NCBI GenBank assembly: GCA_002421985.1
Contig: DISF01000043.1
Location: forward strand, 4,462 to 68,461
DNA: 64,000 bases
Direction: 5' to 3'
Origin: Roseovarius sp. UBA6217
GTDB lineage: Bacteria > Pseudomonadota > Alphaproteobacteria > Rhodobacterales > Rhodobacteraceae
Below, piece after piece: positions 31,622 through 41,648 of the stretch (its first letter is position 1; each line of letters begins with the position of its first letter). The translations under genes were made by a program, and so were the position numbers. The notes under the pieces were generated by a model. The model was not told the DNA's origin and ran no database searches. It saw only the letters and a list, made by a program, of their open reading frames with translations.

Positions 31622-32097
31622 GATGCCCTCCGCATGTCCGCCGCCGTGTCCAGCACGGCGCGGATGATCTTGTCATAACCGGTGCAGCGGCAGAGGTTGC
31701 CCGCCAGCCAATAGCGCACCTCTTCCTCGCTTGGATCGGGGTTGCGCTCCAGCAGCGATTTCGCCGCCACGAGGATACCGGGCGTGCAGATGCCGCATTG
31801 CAGCGCCGCCATCTCGATGAATTTCTTCTGGAGCGGGTGGAGCTGGTCGCCCGCGGCCATGCCCTCGATGGTGGTGATCTCGCACCCCTCGGCCTCGGCC
31901 CCGAGCATCAGGCAGGAGCAGACAAGCCGCCCGTCCACCGTCACCGAACAGGCCCCGCAATCGCCGGTGCCGCAACCCTCCTTGGTGCCCGTGAGGCCCA
32001 GCTCGTCGCGCAGCACATCCAGAAGCGTCGCCTCGGCCTCGCAGAGGAATTCGGTCGCGTCGCCGTTGATTTTCGTCGTCACATGTATCCGGCTCAT
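31618..32097 (-). CDS. Molybdenum hydroxylase small 2x[2Fe-2S] subunit
   Basis: CGTGDCGAC, QCGICTPG, NLCRCTGY. Confidence 0.95.
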   Translation of the reverse strand: MSRIHVTTKINGDATEFLCEAEATLLDVLRDELGLTGTKEGCGTGDCGACSVTVDGRLVCSCLMLGAEAEGCEITTIEGMAAGDQLHPLQKKFIEMAALQCGICTPGILVAAKSLLERNPDPSEEEVRYWLAGNLCRCTGYDKIIRAVLDTAADMRRAS

Positions 32098-32957
32098 GCC
32101 TGTTCTCCTTTCGCGCGCGCCCCGGCGATCACCGCCGCGCGGCGCGCCAATACGCCCGCCACATGGCGGCGGAAGGCGACCGTGCCGCGCTTGTCATCTA
32201 TCGGTGTCGCGGCCTTTGAACAGGCCGCCGCCAGATCAGAGAGCGCCGCCTCGTCAAGCGCGCGGCCCATGATCGCCTCTGCCGCCGCATCAACGAGAAT
32301 GACCTTCGGCCCGACCGCGCCAAGCGCCACCCGCGCCGCCGTCACCCGGCCCTCCTCGTCAAGGCTGAGCGAGACGCCGCAGCCCACCACCGCGATATCC
32401 ATCTCGGTGCGCGGGATGAAGCGCAGATAGGCATCGCCCGAGCGCGGCGCCTTCGCGGGCAGAAGGATCGAGGCGATGAACTCGCCCCGCGCGAGCGCGG
32501 TCTTGCCCGGCCCTTTGGGCACGTCGATCACCGCCAGATCGCGCGTGCCCTCGGGCCCCACGATCCGCGCCACCGCCCCGGCGGCGACCATCGCAGGCAC
32601 CGAATCGGCCGCCGGAGAGGCGTTGCAGAGGTTCCCCGCCAGAGTGGCGCGCCCCTGCACCTGCGTCGATCCGATAAGCCCCGCCGCCTCGACCACGCCG
32701 GGCCAGTCGGCGCGCAACCCCTCATGTTCGCCTATCTCGGCACCCGAGACGGCGGCCCCGATGCGCCAGCCGCCCGCCTCTGGCGCAATCTCGCGCATTC
32801 CTTTGATGCGCTTGATATCCACGATCAGGTCCGGCTCGATCATCTCCGACCGCAGCCTGACCAAGAGGTCGGTGCCCCCCGCCAGCACATGCGCGCCCGG
32901 CGCGCCCGCCAAGGTGGCAACCGCGTCTTCCACGCTCGATGGTGCCTCGTATCGCAT
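32094..32957 (-). CDS. Molybdenum hydroxylase medium FAD-binding subunit
   Basis: AGGTDL, ATLAGNLCNASPAAD, PIDDKRGT. Confidence 0.93.
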   Translation of the reverse strand: MRYEAPSSVEDAVATLAGAPGAHVLAGGTDLLVRLRSEMIEPDLIVDIKRIKGMREIAPEAGGWRIGAAVSGAEIGEHEGLRADWPGVVEAAGLIGSTQVQGRATLAGNLCNASPAADSVPAMVAAGAVARIVGPEGTRDLAVIDVPKGPGKTALARGEFIASILLPAKAPRSGDAYLRFIPRTEMDIAVVGCGVSLSLDEEGRVTAARVALGAVGPKVILVDAAAEAIMGRALDEAALSDLAAACSKAATPIDDKRGTVAFRRHVAGVLARRAAVIAGARAKGEQA

Positions 32958-33259
32958 GGCTCGATCCTTTCGCTCTGCCTGGGTCGGGGGCGGTGGTGCC
33001 CCCCCTGATAGGACCGACTATCGTGCAAACCGCGCGCGGGTGCAAACGGGTTCCCGCTGCGCCTGCCCGGTCGATCTCTTGCGCCAGAAGGACCAGCCCC
33101 GCGCCGTCGTCCCGCGCCGTCGGGCGCAGCGGGGCGGCGGTCTTGAAGCGGTGATGCGGCTCCGCCCGAGCATTGCCGAGCTGTGCCACATATCATCCAG
33201 TGCAACCGCTGCGACAACGGGATAACGTTGGTGGCCTGTTGCGGACGATGTCATCTTGG

Positions 33260-33303
33260 CCCCGCGCGGCTCAGCGCATCCTATCGACAGTCCCCAAAAG
33301 GCC
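33260..33303 (-). repeat. Interspersed repeat core, copy immediately after ribD stop
   Basis: Minus strand ggcct-N11-tcgataggatgcgctgagccgcgcgg; 24/26 nt identical to 41665-41690. Confidence 0.65.
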
Positions 33304-33314
33304 CCGCCACATCA

Positions 33315-34412
33315 TCACCCCGCCCGCGCCCAGCGGTGCATCACGTCGCCGCCAACGGCCCGCGTCTCGATGAGGTCGAACCGCGCGGCCTCGTCGAGCC
33401 GCGACAGGCCCAGCGCGCCCAGACCCGGCAGCCCCTCGGCCCCGATGGCAAGCCCGGCGGTAAAGCCCACAAGCTCGTCCACCAGCCCCGCCCCCACGAG
33501 CGAGGCCGCGAGCGCGCCGCCGCCCTCGCAAAAGACCCGCGTCAGCCCCGCCGCGCCCAGCGCGCGCAGCATCGCGCCCGCATCCACCTGCCCCGCCACC
33601 ACCGCGCAGGGCAAGAGCCGCGCGCCAAGGCCGCGCCACGCCTCGACAAGCGCCCGATCAGGCCCGTCACCGTGGCAGAGCCAGAGCGGCACCTCGCGCG
33701 CGCTGCGTGCAAGCTGCGACATCAGCGGCAGATCGAGCCTGCGCGACACCACCACGCGCACCGGCTGGCGCGCCACGCCCATGCCGCGCACGGTCAGCAT
33801 CGGATCATCGGCGCGCGCCGTGCCCGCGCCCACCATCACCGCGTCATGGCGCGCGCGCATGGCATGGACCGTGCGCCGCGCCTCCGGCCCGGTGATCCAC
33901 TGGCTATGCCCCGAGGCGGTGGCGATGCGACCGTCGAAACTCGACGCGAGTTTCAGCGTGACAAAGGGCCGGCCCAGCTCGTTGCGCATGAGAAACCCGG
34001 CGTGATCGCGGGCCGCCTCATCGGCCAGAACACCGGTCGTGACCGCGATGCCCGCCGCGCGCAGCATCTCGAAACCGCGCCCCGAGACGCGCGGATCGGT
34101 ATCGTCGAACGGGGCCACGACCCGCGCCACCCCCGCCGCGATCAACGCCTCGGCACAGGGCGGCGTGGCACCGTGATGCGCGCAAGGCTCGAGCGTGACA
34201 TAGGCGGTCGCCCCGCGCGCCAGCGCCCCGGCCTGCGCCAGCGCCTGTGGCTCGGCATGGGGCCGCCCGCCGGGGGCGGTGCAGCCGCGCCCGACGATGC
34301 GCCCGCCCTGCACGATGACACAGCCCACTGCGGGGTTGGGCGCGCATTGCCCCATGCCCCGCCGCCCAAGCGACAGCGCCAACGCCATGAAACGGCGGTC
34401 GGCCCCGGTCAT
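33315..34412 (-). CDS. ribD: Riboflavin biosynthesis bifunctional deaminase/reductase
   Basis: PNPAVG, HAE, TLEPCAH..TPPC, SFDGRIA, VFCEGG. Confidence 0.96.
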   Translation of the reverse strand: MTGADRRFMALALSLGRRGMGQCAPNPAVGCVIVQGGRIVGRGCTAPGGRPHAEPQALAQAGALARGATAYVTLEPCAHHGATPPCAEALIAAGVARVVAPFDDTDPRVSGRGFEMLRAAGIAVTTGVLADEAARDHAGFLMRNELGRPFVTLKLASSFDGRIATASGHSQWITGPEARRTVHAMRARHDAVMVGAGTARADDPMLTVRGMGVARQPVRVVVSRRLDLPLMSQLARSAREVPLWLCHGDGPDRALVEAWRGLGARLLPCAVVAGQVDAGAMLRALGAAGLTRVFCEGGGALAASLVGAGLVDELVGFTAGLAIGAEGLPGLGALGLSRLDEAARFDLIETRAVGGDVMHRWARAG

Positions 34413-34416
34413 GCGC

Positions 34417-34890
34417 TCAATCTTGCGCCGCCGCGCGCTCGTCGGGGCGCAGCTCGCTTACGAAGCGGTCGAAATCGTCGGCTTCCTGGAAATTCTTGTA
34501 GACGCTGGCAAAGCGGACATAGGCCACGGTGTCGATTCGGGCGAGCGTCTCCATCACGATCTCGCCGATCACCTTGGAGGGGATATCGGTATCGCCCATG
34601 CTTTCAAGCCTGCGCACGATGCCGGAAATCATCTGCTCCACGCGCTCGGGGTCGATGGGGCGTTTCTGCATGGCGATGCGGATCGAGCGTTCAAGCTTGT
34701 CACGGTCGAACTCCTCGCGCCGCCCGTTGGTCTTGATCACCACCAGATCGCGCAACTGCACCCGCTCATAGGTGGTGAACCGCCCGCCACAGTCAGGACA
34801 GAACCGCCGCCTGCGGATCGAGACATGCTCTTCTGCCGGGCGTGAATCCTTGACCTGTGTGTCGATATTTCCGCAAAACGGGCAGCGCAT
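34417..34890 (-). CDS. nrdR: Transcriptional repressor NrdR
   Basis: [41 protein letters not shown]. Confidence 0.97.
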   Translation of the reverse strand: MRCPFCGNIDTQVKDSRPAEEHVSIRRRRFCPDCGGRFTTYERVQLRDLVVIKTNGRREEFDRDKLERSIRIAMQKRPIDPERVEQMISGIVRRLESMGDTDIPSKVIGEIVMETLARIDTVAYVRFASVYKNFQEADDFDRFVSELRPDERAAAQD

Positions 34891-35022
34891 CCCCCGTCCC
34901 CCTTTTTGTCTCTGCCTCTCGGATGGTGGGTCTGACGCCCGGTTATCCACAGGCACTATAGGACAGCCTCAAGGTTTTGGGTAGGGGGCATTTGCCGCCC
35001 CCCAGATCAAGGGGGCACGCGC

Positions 35023-35562
35023 CTATTTGCACCCGCGCAGCGGGGCCAGGAGCGCGCGCCACAGGCCGTGCCGCCCCGGCTCCGGGTGCCGCGGCTGCGG
35101 CGCGCGATGCCGATCGTCGTGAAAGAGCGGGGCCAGGATCGCCTCGCTCAGCACCCAGCGCCCGCAGCGCCCCTCCTGCCGGTCGGCGCGCTGATAGCCA
35201 AGCCAACGCTCGAGCGTCGCCCCGCAGGTGATCCGCGCGGCGGGCAGCGGCAGATAAAAGCCGCTGTTGATGCGCAGGCAGATATTGTCGAGATGCCGCG
35301 CGACGGGGCGATAGTTCTCGGGCACATGCGGCTTGGGCAGATAGTTGAACCGCTCCGGCGCGCCGTTGAAGAACACGCCAAGTGCGGCGGCAAGATCGAG
35401 ATCGCGGCGCGCCATGACCCGCCCCAGCCCCGCGCAGGGAGCCTCTGACCAGTCGAGCGCATCGAGCGCCTTGGCCAGCGCCTCGCCCGAGAGGGGATCG
35501 AGCGCGCGCCCGTCTGTCCGCGAGCCGCCATGCCTTGGGCGCGCCGAATCCGATGTTGCCAT
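35023..35562 (-). CDS. Hypothetical protein (possible DUF4274-like segment)
   Basis: GGATAG before ATG, GC3-rich codons; DLDLAAALGVFF..AP.RFNY segment loosely DUF4274-like. Confidence 0.6.
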   Translation of the reverse strand: MATSDSARPRHGGSRTDGRALDPLSGEALAKALDALDWSEAPCAGLGRVMARRDLDLAAALGVFFNGAPERFNYLPKPHVPENYRPVARHLDNICLRINSGFYLPLPAARITCGATLERWLGYQRADRQEGRCGRWVLSEAILAPLFHDDRHRAPQPRHPEPGRHGLWRALLAPLRGCK

Positions 35563-35731
35563 GTCGCGCTATCCTTGAGGGGGGAATGTCTTGGCGCAGG
35601 ATCGTGCCCCAAGACGCATTTTCTGAGGAGCAATCATGGCAACGTTGCGGCACGGGCACAGGGCGGCGGCGCGTGGCGCAGGGGCCGATTTTCCGCTTTG
35701 GCCCGGCGATGCGGGCCGGTATGGTCACCTC

Positions 35732-36178
35732 ATGTGGCCCCGCATCCTCACCGCGCTTTCCGCGCCCAAACCCGCCCCCCTGCCCGAGCCGGACGAGCGT
35801 TTGGCGCTTGGGGCGCTGATGGTGCGCGTCGCCAAATCCGACCACGATTACGCCTTGGCCGAGATACAGCGCATCGACCGGCTGCTTGCGGCGCTCAACG
35901 GCATCGGCCCGGTCGCGGCGGCACGGATGCGCGCGGATTGCGAGCGGCTTGAACGCGCGGCCCCCGATACCGAGCTTTTTGGCCATATGATCCGCGACCG
36001 CGTGCGCATCGACGCGCGCCTCGCCGCGCTCGAGGCGCTTTGGGAGGTGGTGCTGTCGGATGGCGATTGTGCGGCAGAAGAAATCGCCGTGCTTGACGCC
36101 GCCCGCGAAGCGATGGGCCTGAGCGAGAGCGACAGCGCGGCGGCGCGTGCGCTCGCCGAAACCCGAGGCCAGGGTTAA
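35732..36178 (+). CDS. TerB-like (tellurite resistance/DjlA N-terminal fold) protein
   Basis: ALGALMVRVAKSD.DYA..EI.RID, LEALWEVVLSDG. Confidence 0.82.
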   Translation: MWPRILTALSAPKPAPLPEPDERLALGALMVRVAKSDHDYALAEIQRIDRLLAALNGIGPVAAARMRADCERLERAAPDTELFGHMIRDRVRIDARLAALEALWEVVLSDGDCAAEEIAVLDAAREAMGLSESDSAAARALAETRGQG

Positions 36179-36399
36179 CCAAACCGCCACGATACCGTCC
36201 CGCGAATCAGGGTCTGCGTGGCAGCGCCGCCGCGTATTTCGCGCAATGCTGCGACAATTCCCCGTCTTGGGCGCCACAACCCCCGGCACGCGCATCGCGA
36301 CACCGCGCCCCGTCATAAAGCGCGACACAGGGTTTGCGCATTCCAGACACAAGGTTGCACAGTCCCGGAGCGCCGGTTTGAGCGCGGCTTGAACGCCCC

Positions 36400-37320
36400 T
36401 CAAACGTTGCCTGCGCAGGGCCACGCCTCGAACGGGCGCAGGCTTTCGCGGAACGTGTCGATGAATTCCAGCGTCAGAAGCGACGGCGCACCATGCACCG
36501 GGCGCACCAGCGCCAGACGGTGTGGCACCTCGGGCACGAAAGGGCGATGGATCAGGCCGCGCGCGGCATAGCCCTCGGCATCAAGCGCGCTCACCACCGA
36601 CAGGCCCGCGCCGCGCAGCACCAGCTCGCAGGCGGCGGTGAACTGGCGGATCTCGATGACTGGCGTCATCGTGACCCCGGCCCCAAGGAACGCCTCTTCG
36701 AGCGCGCGAAAGAACGCGCTGTCGCGCCTTGTGTGGATCATCCGCTCGCCCACCAGATCGGCGGGGCCAAGCACCTCGCGCGCGGCAAGCGGATGGCCGG
36801 GCGGCAGGATGCAGACGCTGCGCATCGGCACGATCTCGGCCTCGACCGCCGGATGCCCCTCGAACCCGTCGGTGATGCCGCAATGAAACTGTTCGCCGAC
36901 GATCCACTCAAGGATGCGCTCGGGGCGGTCCGGCTCTACCGTGAGCGTCACGTCGGGCCGGTCCGCCAGGAACCGCGCCAGCACGCCGGGCAGGTGCGAT
37001 GTGGCAAAGCCGGGCAGGCAGGCGATGCGCAGATGCCCGGCCTTGCGGTCATTGAGGCTGCGGCTCAACTCTCCGATCCGGTCGAGCGTTTCCAGCACAC
37101 GGTGGATATCTGGAAGCAGGAAGCGCGCCTCCTGCGTCGGCACCAGCCGCCCGTCGCGCCGGTCCAGCAGTGCAAGCCCCGTCTCCGCTGCAAGATCGGC
37201 CAGCAGGCGGCTGACTGCGGGTTGCGAGATGCCAAGCGCCTCGGCGGCGCGCGTCATCGAGCCGGTGGCGGCGACACGTTCAAGCGCTTCAAGCTGGCGC
37301 AGGCGCAGGCGGGCGGACAT
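36400..37320 (-). CDS. LysR family transcriptional regulator
   Basis: LRQLEAL...GSMTRAAEAL.ISQPAVSR HTH; divergent from ugpB. Confidence 0.93.
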   Translation of the reverse strand: MSARLRLRQLEALERVAATGSMTRAAEALGISQPAVSRLLADLAAETGLALLDRRDGRLVPTQEARFLLPDIHRVLETLDRIGELSRSLNDRKAGHLRIACLPGFATSHLPGVLARFLADRPDVTLTVEPDRPERILEWIVGEQFHCGITDGFEGHPAVEAEIVPMRSVCILPPGHPLAAREVLGPADLVGERMIHTRRDSAFFRALEEAFLGAGVTMTPVIEIRQFTAACELVLRGAGLSVVSALDAEGYAARGLIHRPFVPEVPHRLALVRPVHGAPSLLTLEFIDTFRESLRPFEAWPCAGNV

Positions 37321-37373
37321 GGGCAACTCCGGCAGGGATGACCTGGGATCAAGGTGGCAGGATGTTTATGACA

Positions 37374-37388
37374 ATAATATGATATTAT
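37374..37388. promoter_or_regulatory. LysR-type recognition site (T-N11-A dyad)
   Basis: Perfect ATAATAT-G-ATATTAT; T37375-N11-A37387 in an AT-rich patch between lysR and ugpB. Confidence 0.65.
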
Positions 37389-37506
37389 GTTAACACGTCT
37401 ATTTGCGCGGTTGTATTATGTCAATTTCCGTGTAGCGTAGGTCTCGCGTGATCGCCGTGGCCGACCGGGGATGTCCGGCCGCGCTCGTCTTATGAGAGAG
37501 GATACG

Positions 37507-38814
37507 ATGCAGAAAACGGCATTTGGCGCGCTTCTGGCCGCCACCACAGCGCTGTCGCCGCTCGCCGCGATGGCTCAGACCGAAATCCAGTTCTGGCACG
37601 CCTTCACCGGGCGGCTTGGAGAGCTTGTGGCCGAGCAGGTGGCCAGTTTCAACGAGAGCCAGGGCGATTACACCGTCACCGCCACCCACAAGGGCAATTA
37701 TTCCGAGACGCTCAACGCCGGGATCGCCGCCTTTCGCGCGGGCGAGCAGCCGCATATCCTGATGGTGTTCGAGGTGGGCACCGCCACGATGATGGGCGCG
37801 AAGGGCGCGATCAGGCCGGTCTACGAGGTCATGGCGGGGGCCGAATTCGATCCCGACGCCTATATCGGCGCGGTGAAGGGTTATTATACCACCACCGACG
37901 GGCAGATGCTGTCGCTGCCGTTCAACTCCTCCACCCCGGTTCTGTGGGTCAACCGCGACGCGCTTGAGGGCGCGGGCATCGACCCCGATACCGACCTTTC
38001 GACGTGGCAGAATGTCGATGCGGTTCTGGATCAACTGGCCGAGGCCGGGCATTCCTGCCCGCTGACCACCGCCTGGCAAAGCTGGATTCACCTCGAAAAC
38101 CTCTCGGCCTATCACGACGTGCCCTTTGCCACCAAAGACAACGGCTTTGCCGGGCTTGATACCGAGCTTGTCTTCAACGGCCCGGTGCAGGTGCAGCACA
38201 TCGCCGCGATGGGGGAATGGGCGAAAGAGGGCAAATTCATCTATGCCGGCCGCCGCAACGAGGCCGGGGCCAATTTCCGCGGCGGCGATTGCGCGCTCTT
38301 CACCGAAAGCTCTGCGGGTTATGCGGGCATCAAGACCGAGGCGCAGTTCGATTTCGATGTGCGCCCCCTGCCCTATTGGGACGGCGTCGAGGGCGCGCCG
38401 CTGAACACCATCATCGGCGGGGCCTCGCTCTGGGTGATGGAGGGGCATGACCCGGCGGAATACGAGGCGGCGGCGGCCTTCCTCAACTTCCTGTCCTCGC
38501 CCGAAATTCAGGCCAAGTGGCATCAGGACACCGGCTATCTGCCGATCACCATCGCGGCCGGCGAGCTGACCCGCGAGCAGGGCTTCTACGACGCCAATCC
38601 AGGCACCGATGTGGCGGTGAAGCAGATGACCGCGAACGCCCCCACGGCCAATTCCAAGGGGTTGCGGCTTGGCTCTTTCGACCAGATCCGCGGCATCATC
38701 GACGAAGAGCTTGAGGCGGTCTGGTCCGGCGACAAGGACGCGCAGGCGGCGCTCGACTCGGCTGTGACGCGCGGCAACCAGCTTCTGCGCCGGTTCGAGC
38801 GCGCCAGCAACTAA
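37507..38814 (+). CDS. ugpB: sn-glycerol-3-phosphate ABC transporter substrate-binding protein
   Basis: EIQFWHA, KGNY.ET, FEVGTATMM, PFNSSTP, AWQSWIHLEN, IIGGASLW. Confidence 0.9.
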   Translation: MQKTAFGALLAATTALSPLAAMAQTEIQFWHAFTGRLGELVAEQVASFNESQGDYTVTATHKGNYSETLNAGIAAFRAGEQPHILMVFEVGTATMMGAKGAIRPVYEVMAGAEFDPDAYIGAVKGYYTTTDGQMLSLPFNSSTPVLWVNRDALEGAGIDPDTDLSTWQNVDAVLDQLAEAGHSCPLTTAWQSWIHLENLSAYHDVPFATKDNGFAGLDTELVFNGPVQVQHIAAMGEWAKEGKFIYAGRRNEAGANFRGGDCALFTESSAGYAGIKTEAQFDFDVRPLPYWDGVEGAPLNTIIGGASLWVMEGHDPAEYEAAAAFLNFLSSPEIQAKWHQDTGYLPITIAAGELTREQGFYDANPGTDVAVKQMTANAPTANSKGLRLGSFDQIRGIIDEELEAVWSGDKDAQAALDSAVTRGNQLLRRFERASN

Positions 38815-38822
38815 AGGCACAT

Positions 38823-38842
38823 GGGGGCGGGCAACCGCCCCC
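38823..38842 (+). other. Intercistronic GNRA-loop hairpin between ugpB and ugpA
   Basis: GGGGGCGG-GCAA-CCGCCCCC perfect 8-bp stem. Confidence 0.6.
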
Positions 38843-38853
38843 CGGTCCCCCCC

Positions 38854-39735
38854 ATGGAAAAACGTGTCACCTTCAAGGGTTGGCTTCTGCCGCTCTGCCT
38901 GATCGCGCCGCAGGTGGTCATCTCTGCGGTGTTCTTCTTCTATCCCGCCGGTCAGGCGGTGTGGCAATCGCTGTTCATCCCCGACCCGTTCGGCCTCAAA
39001 TCGCAATTCGTGGGGCTGGAGAATTTCGAATACCTGCTGGGCGATCCCTATTACCGCGCCTCTTTCGCCACCACCGCGATCTTTTCCACGCTGGTGACGC
39101 TGGCGGCGATGATCCCGGCGCTGTTTCTCGCGGTGATGGCCGACCGGCTGGTAAAATCGGCGGGCGTCTACCGCACGCTGCTCATCTGGCCCTATGCGGT
39201 GGCCCCTGCGGTTGCGGGGGTGCTGTGGCTTTTCATGTTCAACACGCGGGTGGGCGTGGTGGCGTGGTATCTGGGGCAGTTGGGCTATGACTGGAACCAT
39301 GTCCTCAATGAGAGAGAGGCGATGGGCCTTGTCGTCGTCGCCTCTGCATGGGGGCGGATCAGCTACAATTTCCTGTTCTTCTTCGCCGCCCTTCAGGCCG
39401 TGCCCCGCTCGATCATCGAGGCGGCGGCGATCGACGGCGCGCGGTTCTGGCGGCGGTTCTTCACCATCGTGCTGCCTCTATTGTCGCCGACCACGTTCTT
39501 TTTGCTGGTGGTCAACATCGTCTATGCGTTCTTCGAGACCTTCGGCGTGATCCACACCATCACCAGCGGCGGGCCGCAACAGGCCACGACGATCCTCGTC
39601 TACAAGGTCTATTCCGACGGGTTCGTGGGGCAGGATCTCGGCTCAAGTGCCGCGCAATCGGTGATCCTTCTGGTGGTCGTGGGGCTGCTCACCGTGCTGC
39701 AATTCAAGTATATCGAGAAACGGGTGCATTACTGA
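38854..39735 (+). CDS. ugpA: G3P ABC transporter permease
   Basis: [20 protein letters not shown] (EAA loop), LLSPTTFFL. Confidence 0.9.
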   Translation: MEKRVTFKGWLLPLCLIAPQVVISAVFFFYPAGQAVWQSLFIPDPFGLKSQFVGLENFEYLLGDPYYRASFATTAIFSTLVTLAAMIPALFLAVMADRLVKSAGVYRTLLIWPYAVAPAVAGVLWLFMFNTRVGVVAWYLGQLGYDWNHVLNEREAMGLVVVASAWGRISYNFLFFFAALQAVPRSIIEAAAIDGARFWRRFFTIVLPLLSPTTFFLLVVNIVYAFFETFGVIHTITSGGPQQATTILVYKVYSDGFVGQDLGSSAAQSVILLVVVGLLTVLQFKYIEKRVHY

Positions 39736-40592
39736 TGGCGCGCCAGGTCACAGGCATGGTCGAGCGGCACGGGATGGGCCTCTGGCTCACCCATCTAGTG
39801 ATGATCGCGGGGGTTCTGGTGATCTTCTTCCCGATCTGGCTGGCCTTTGTCGCCTCGACCGTCACGCAACCCGAGATCGTGCGCCCGCCAATGCCGGTCT
39901 GGCCCGGCGACCGGTTTGTGGAAAACTACACGGCGGCGCTTTTCTCGGGCGTGAACGTGCCGGTGCTGGTGATGCTGGGCAACTCGCTCATCATGGCGGT
40001 GGGGATCGCGGTGGGCAAGATCATCATCTCGCTGCTATCGGCCTTTGCCATCGTCTATTTCCGCTTTCCGGCGCGCAACCTGTTCTTCTGGCTGATCTTT
40101 CTCACGCTGATGCTGCCCGTCGAGGTGCGCATCGTGCCCACCTACGAGGTGATCGCGGGGTTCAGGATGCTCAACAGCTATTCGGGGCTCATTTTTCCGC
40201 TCATTGCCTCGGCCACGGCCACGTTCCTATTCCGGCAATTCTTTCTCACCGTGCCGGATGAATTGGCCGAGGCCGCACGCGTGGATGGCGCAGGGCCGAT
40301 GCGGTTCTTCTGGGATATCCTCTTGCCGATGAGCCGCACCAATATTGCCGCGCTCTTCGTGATCCTGTTCATCTATGGCTGGAATCAATATCTCTGGCCG
40401 CTTCTGATCACCACCGACCCGTCGATGAACACCATCGTGATGGGGCTGAAGCAGATGTTCCCGTCGGGCGACGATGTGGCCGACTGGCCGGTCATCATGG
40501 CCACCTCGATCCTTGCGATGATCCCGCCGGTGGTGGTGGTCATCTCGATGCAGAAACTTTTCATCCGCGGCCTCGTGGACAGCGAGAAATAG
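39735..40592 (+). CDS. ugpE: G3P ABC transporter permease
   Basis: [40 protein letters not shown]; TGATG coupling. Confidence 0.9.
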   Translation: MARQVTGMVERHGMGLWLTHLVMIAGVLVIFFPIWLAFVASTVTQPEIVRPPMPVWPGDRFVENYTAALFSGVNVPVLVMLGNSLIMAVGIAVGKIIISLLSAFAIVYFRFPARNLFFWLIFLTLMLPVEVRIVPTYEVIAGFRMLNSYSGLIFPLIASATATFLFRQFFLTVPDELAEAARVDGAGPMRFFWDILLPMSRTNIAALFVILFIYGWNQYLWPLLITTDPSMNTIVMGLKQMFPSGDDVADWPVIMATSILAMIPPVVVVISMQKLFIRGLVDSEK

Positions 40593-40597
40593 GCGAT

Positions 40598-41644
40598 ATG
40601 GCAACCGTAACCCTCGACAACATCCGCAAGAGCTTTGGCACCGACGAGGTCATCAAGGGCGTCTCGCTCGACGTGGCGGATGGCGAATTCATCGTCATCG
40701 TCGGCCCTTCGGGCTGTGGCAAATCCACCCTTCTGCGCATGGTCGCGGGGCTGGAGACGATCACGGCAGGCGAATTGCGCATAGGCGGCACCCGCGCCAA
40801 CGAGCGCGAGCCGATGGACCGCGACATCGCCATGGTGTTCCAGAATTACGCGCTCTACCCGCATATGAGTGTGGCGCAGAACATGGGCTATGGGCTGCGG
40901 ATCAAGGGCCTGCCCAAGGCGGAGGTCGCCGCCAAGGTGCGCGCTGCGGCAGAGCTTTTGCAACTGTCGGAGCTGCTGGAGCGCAAGCCCCGGCAGCTTT
41001 CGGGCGGGCAGCGGCAGCGCGTCGCCATGGGCCGCGCCATCGTGCGTGAACCCAAGGTGTTTCTCTTTGACGAGCCGCTATCGAATCTCGATGCCAAGCT
41101 GCGCGTGCAGATGCGACTTGAGATTCGCGAGTTGCAGGCCAAGCTGGGGATCACCGCGCTTTACGTGACCCACGATCAGGTCGAGGCGATGACCATGGCC
41201 GACCGGATGATCGTGATGAATGAAGGCCGCGCCGAACAGATCGGCACGCCTCTGGATGTCTACGAGCGCCCCGCGAGCCTTTTTGCCGCGCAGTTCATCG
41301 GCAGCCCGTCGATGAACGTGATCGAGGCCGAGGGGCGCGAGGACGGGATGCATGTCGGGGATATGCTGCTGCCCAACCCGACCGGCGCGCGCGGCCCGGT
41401 CATGCTCGGGCTGCGCCCCGAGCATCTTGTGCCCGCGCCCGACGGCCCGCTTGCTTTGCGGGTCTTGCTGGCAGAGCCATTGGGAGCCAATACGCTCTTG
41501 CATGGAATGCTTGCGGGCGGCCAGAACTTTACCGCAAGCCTGCCCGGCGTGCACACCACTGGCGGGGCCGAGGTGCTGCACCTGGGCATTGCACCGGAGA
41601 AGATGCACGTTTTTGACAAGCAAACCGGGCGGCGGCTGGGGTGA
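40598..41644 (+). CDS. ugpC: G3P ABC transporter ATP-binding protein
   Basis: [30 protein letters not shown]. Confidence 0.9.
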   Translation: MATVTLDNIRKSFGTDEVIKGVSLDVADGEFIVIVGPSGCGKSTLLRMVAGLETITAGELRIGGTRANEREPMDRDIAMVFQNYALYPHMSVAQNMGYGLRIKGLPKAEVAAKVRAAAELLQLSELLERKPRQLSGGQRQRVAMGRAIVREPKVFLFDEPLSNLDAKLRVQMRLEIRELQAKLGITALYVTHDQVEAMTMADRMIVMNEGRAEQIGTPLDVYERPASLFAAQFIGSPSMNVIEAEGREDGMHVGDMLLPNPTGARGPVMLGLRPEHLVPAPDGPLALRVLLAEPLGANTLLHGMLAGGQNFTASLPGVHTTGGAEVLHLGIAPEKMHVFDKQTGRRLG

Positions 41645-41648
41645 TCGT

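Noticed and set aside
29375-32957. Aerobic CO dehydrogenase (coxMSL) call
   Set aside because: Active-site loop is AYRAPG, not AYxCSFR, and coxDEFG accessory genes are absent.
33018-33254. Possible coding relic between the Mo-hydroxylase operon and ribD
   Set aside because: Frames look partly gene-like but I could not assign any family.
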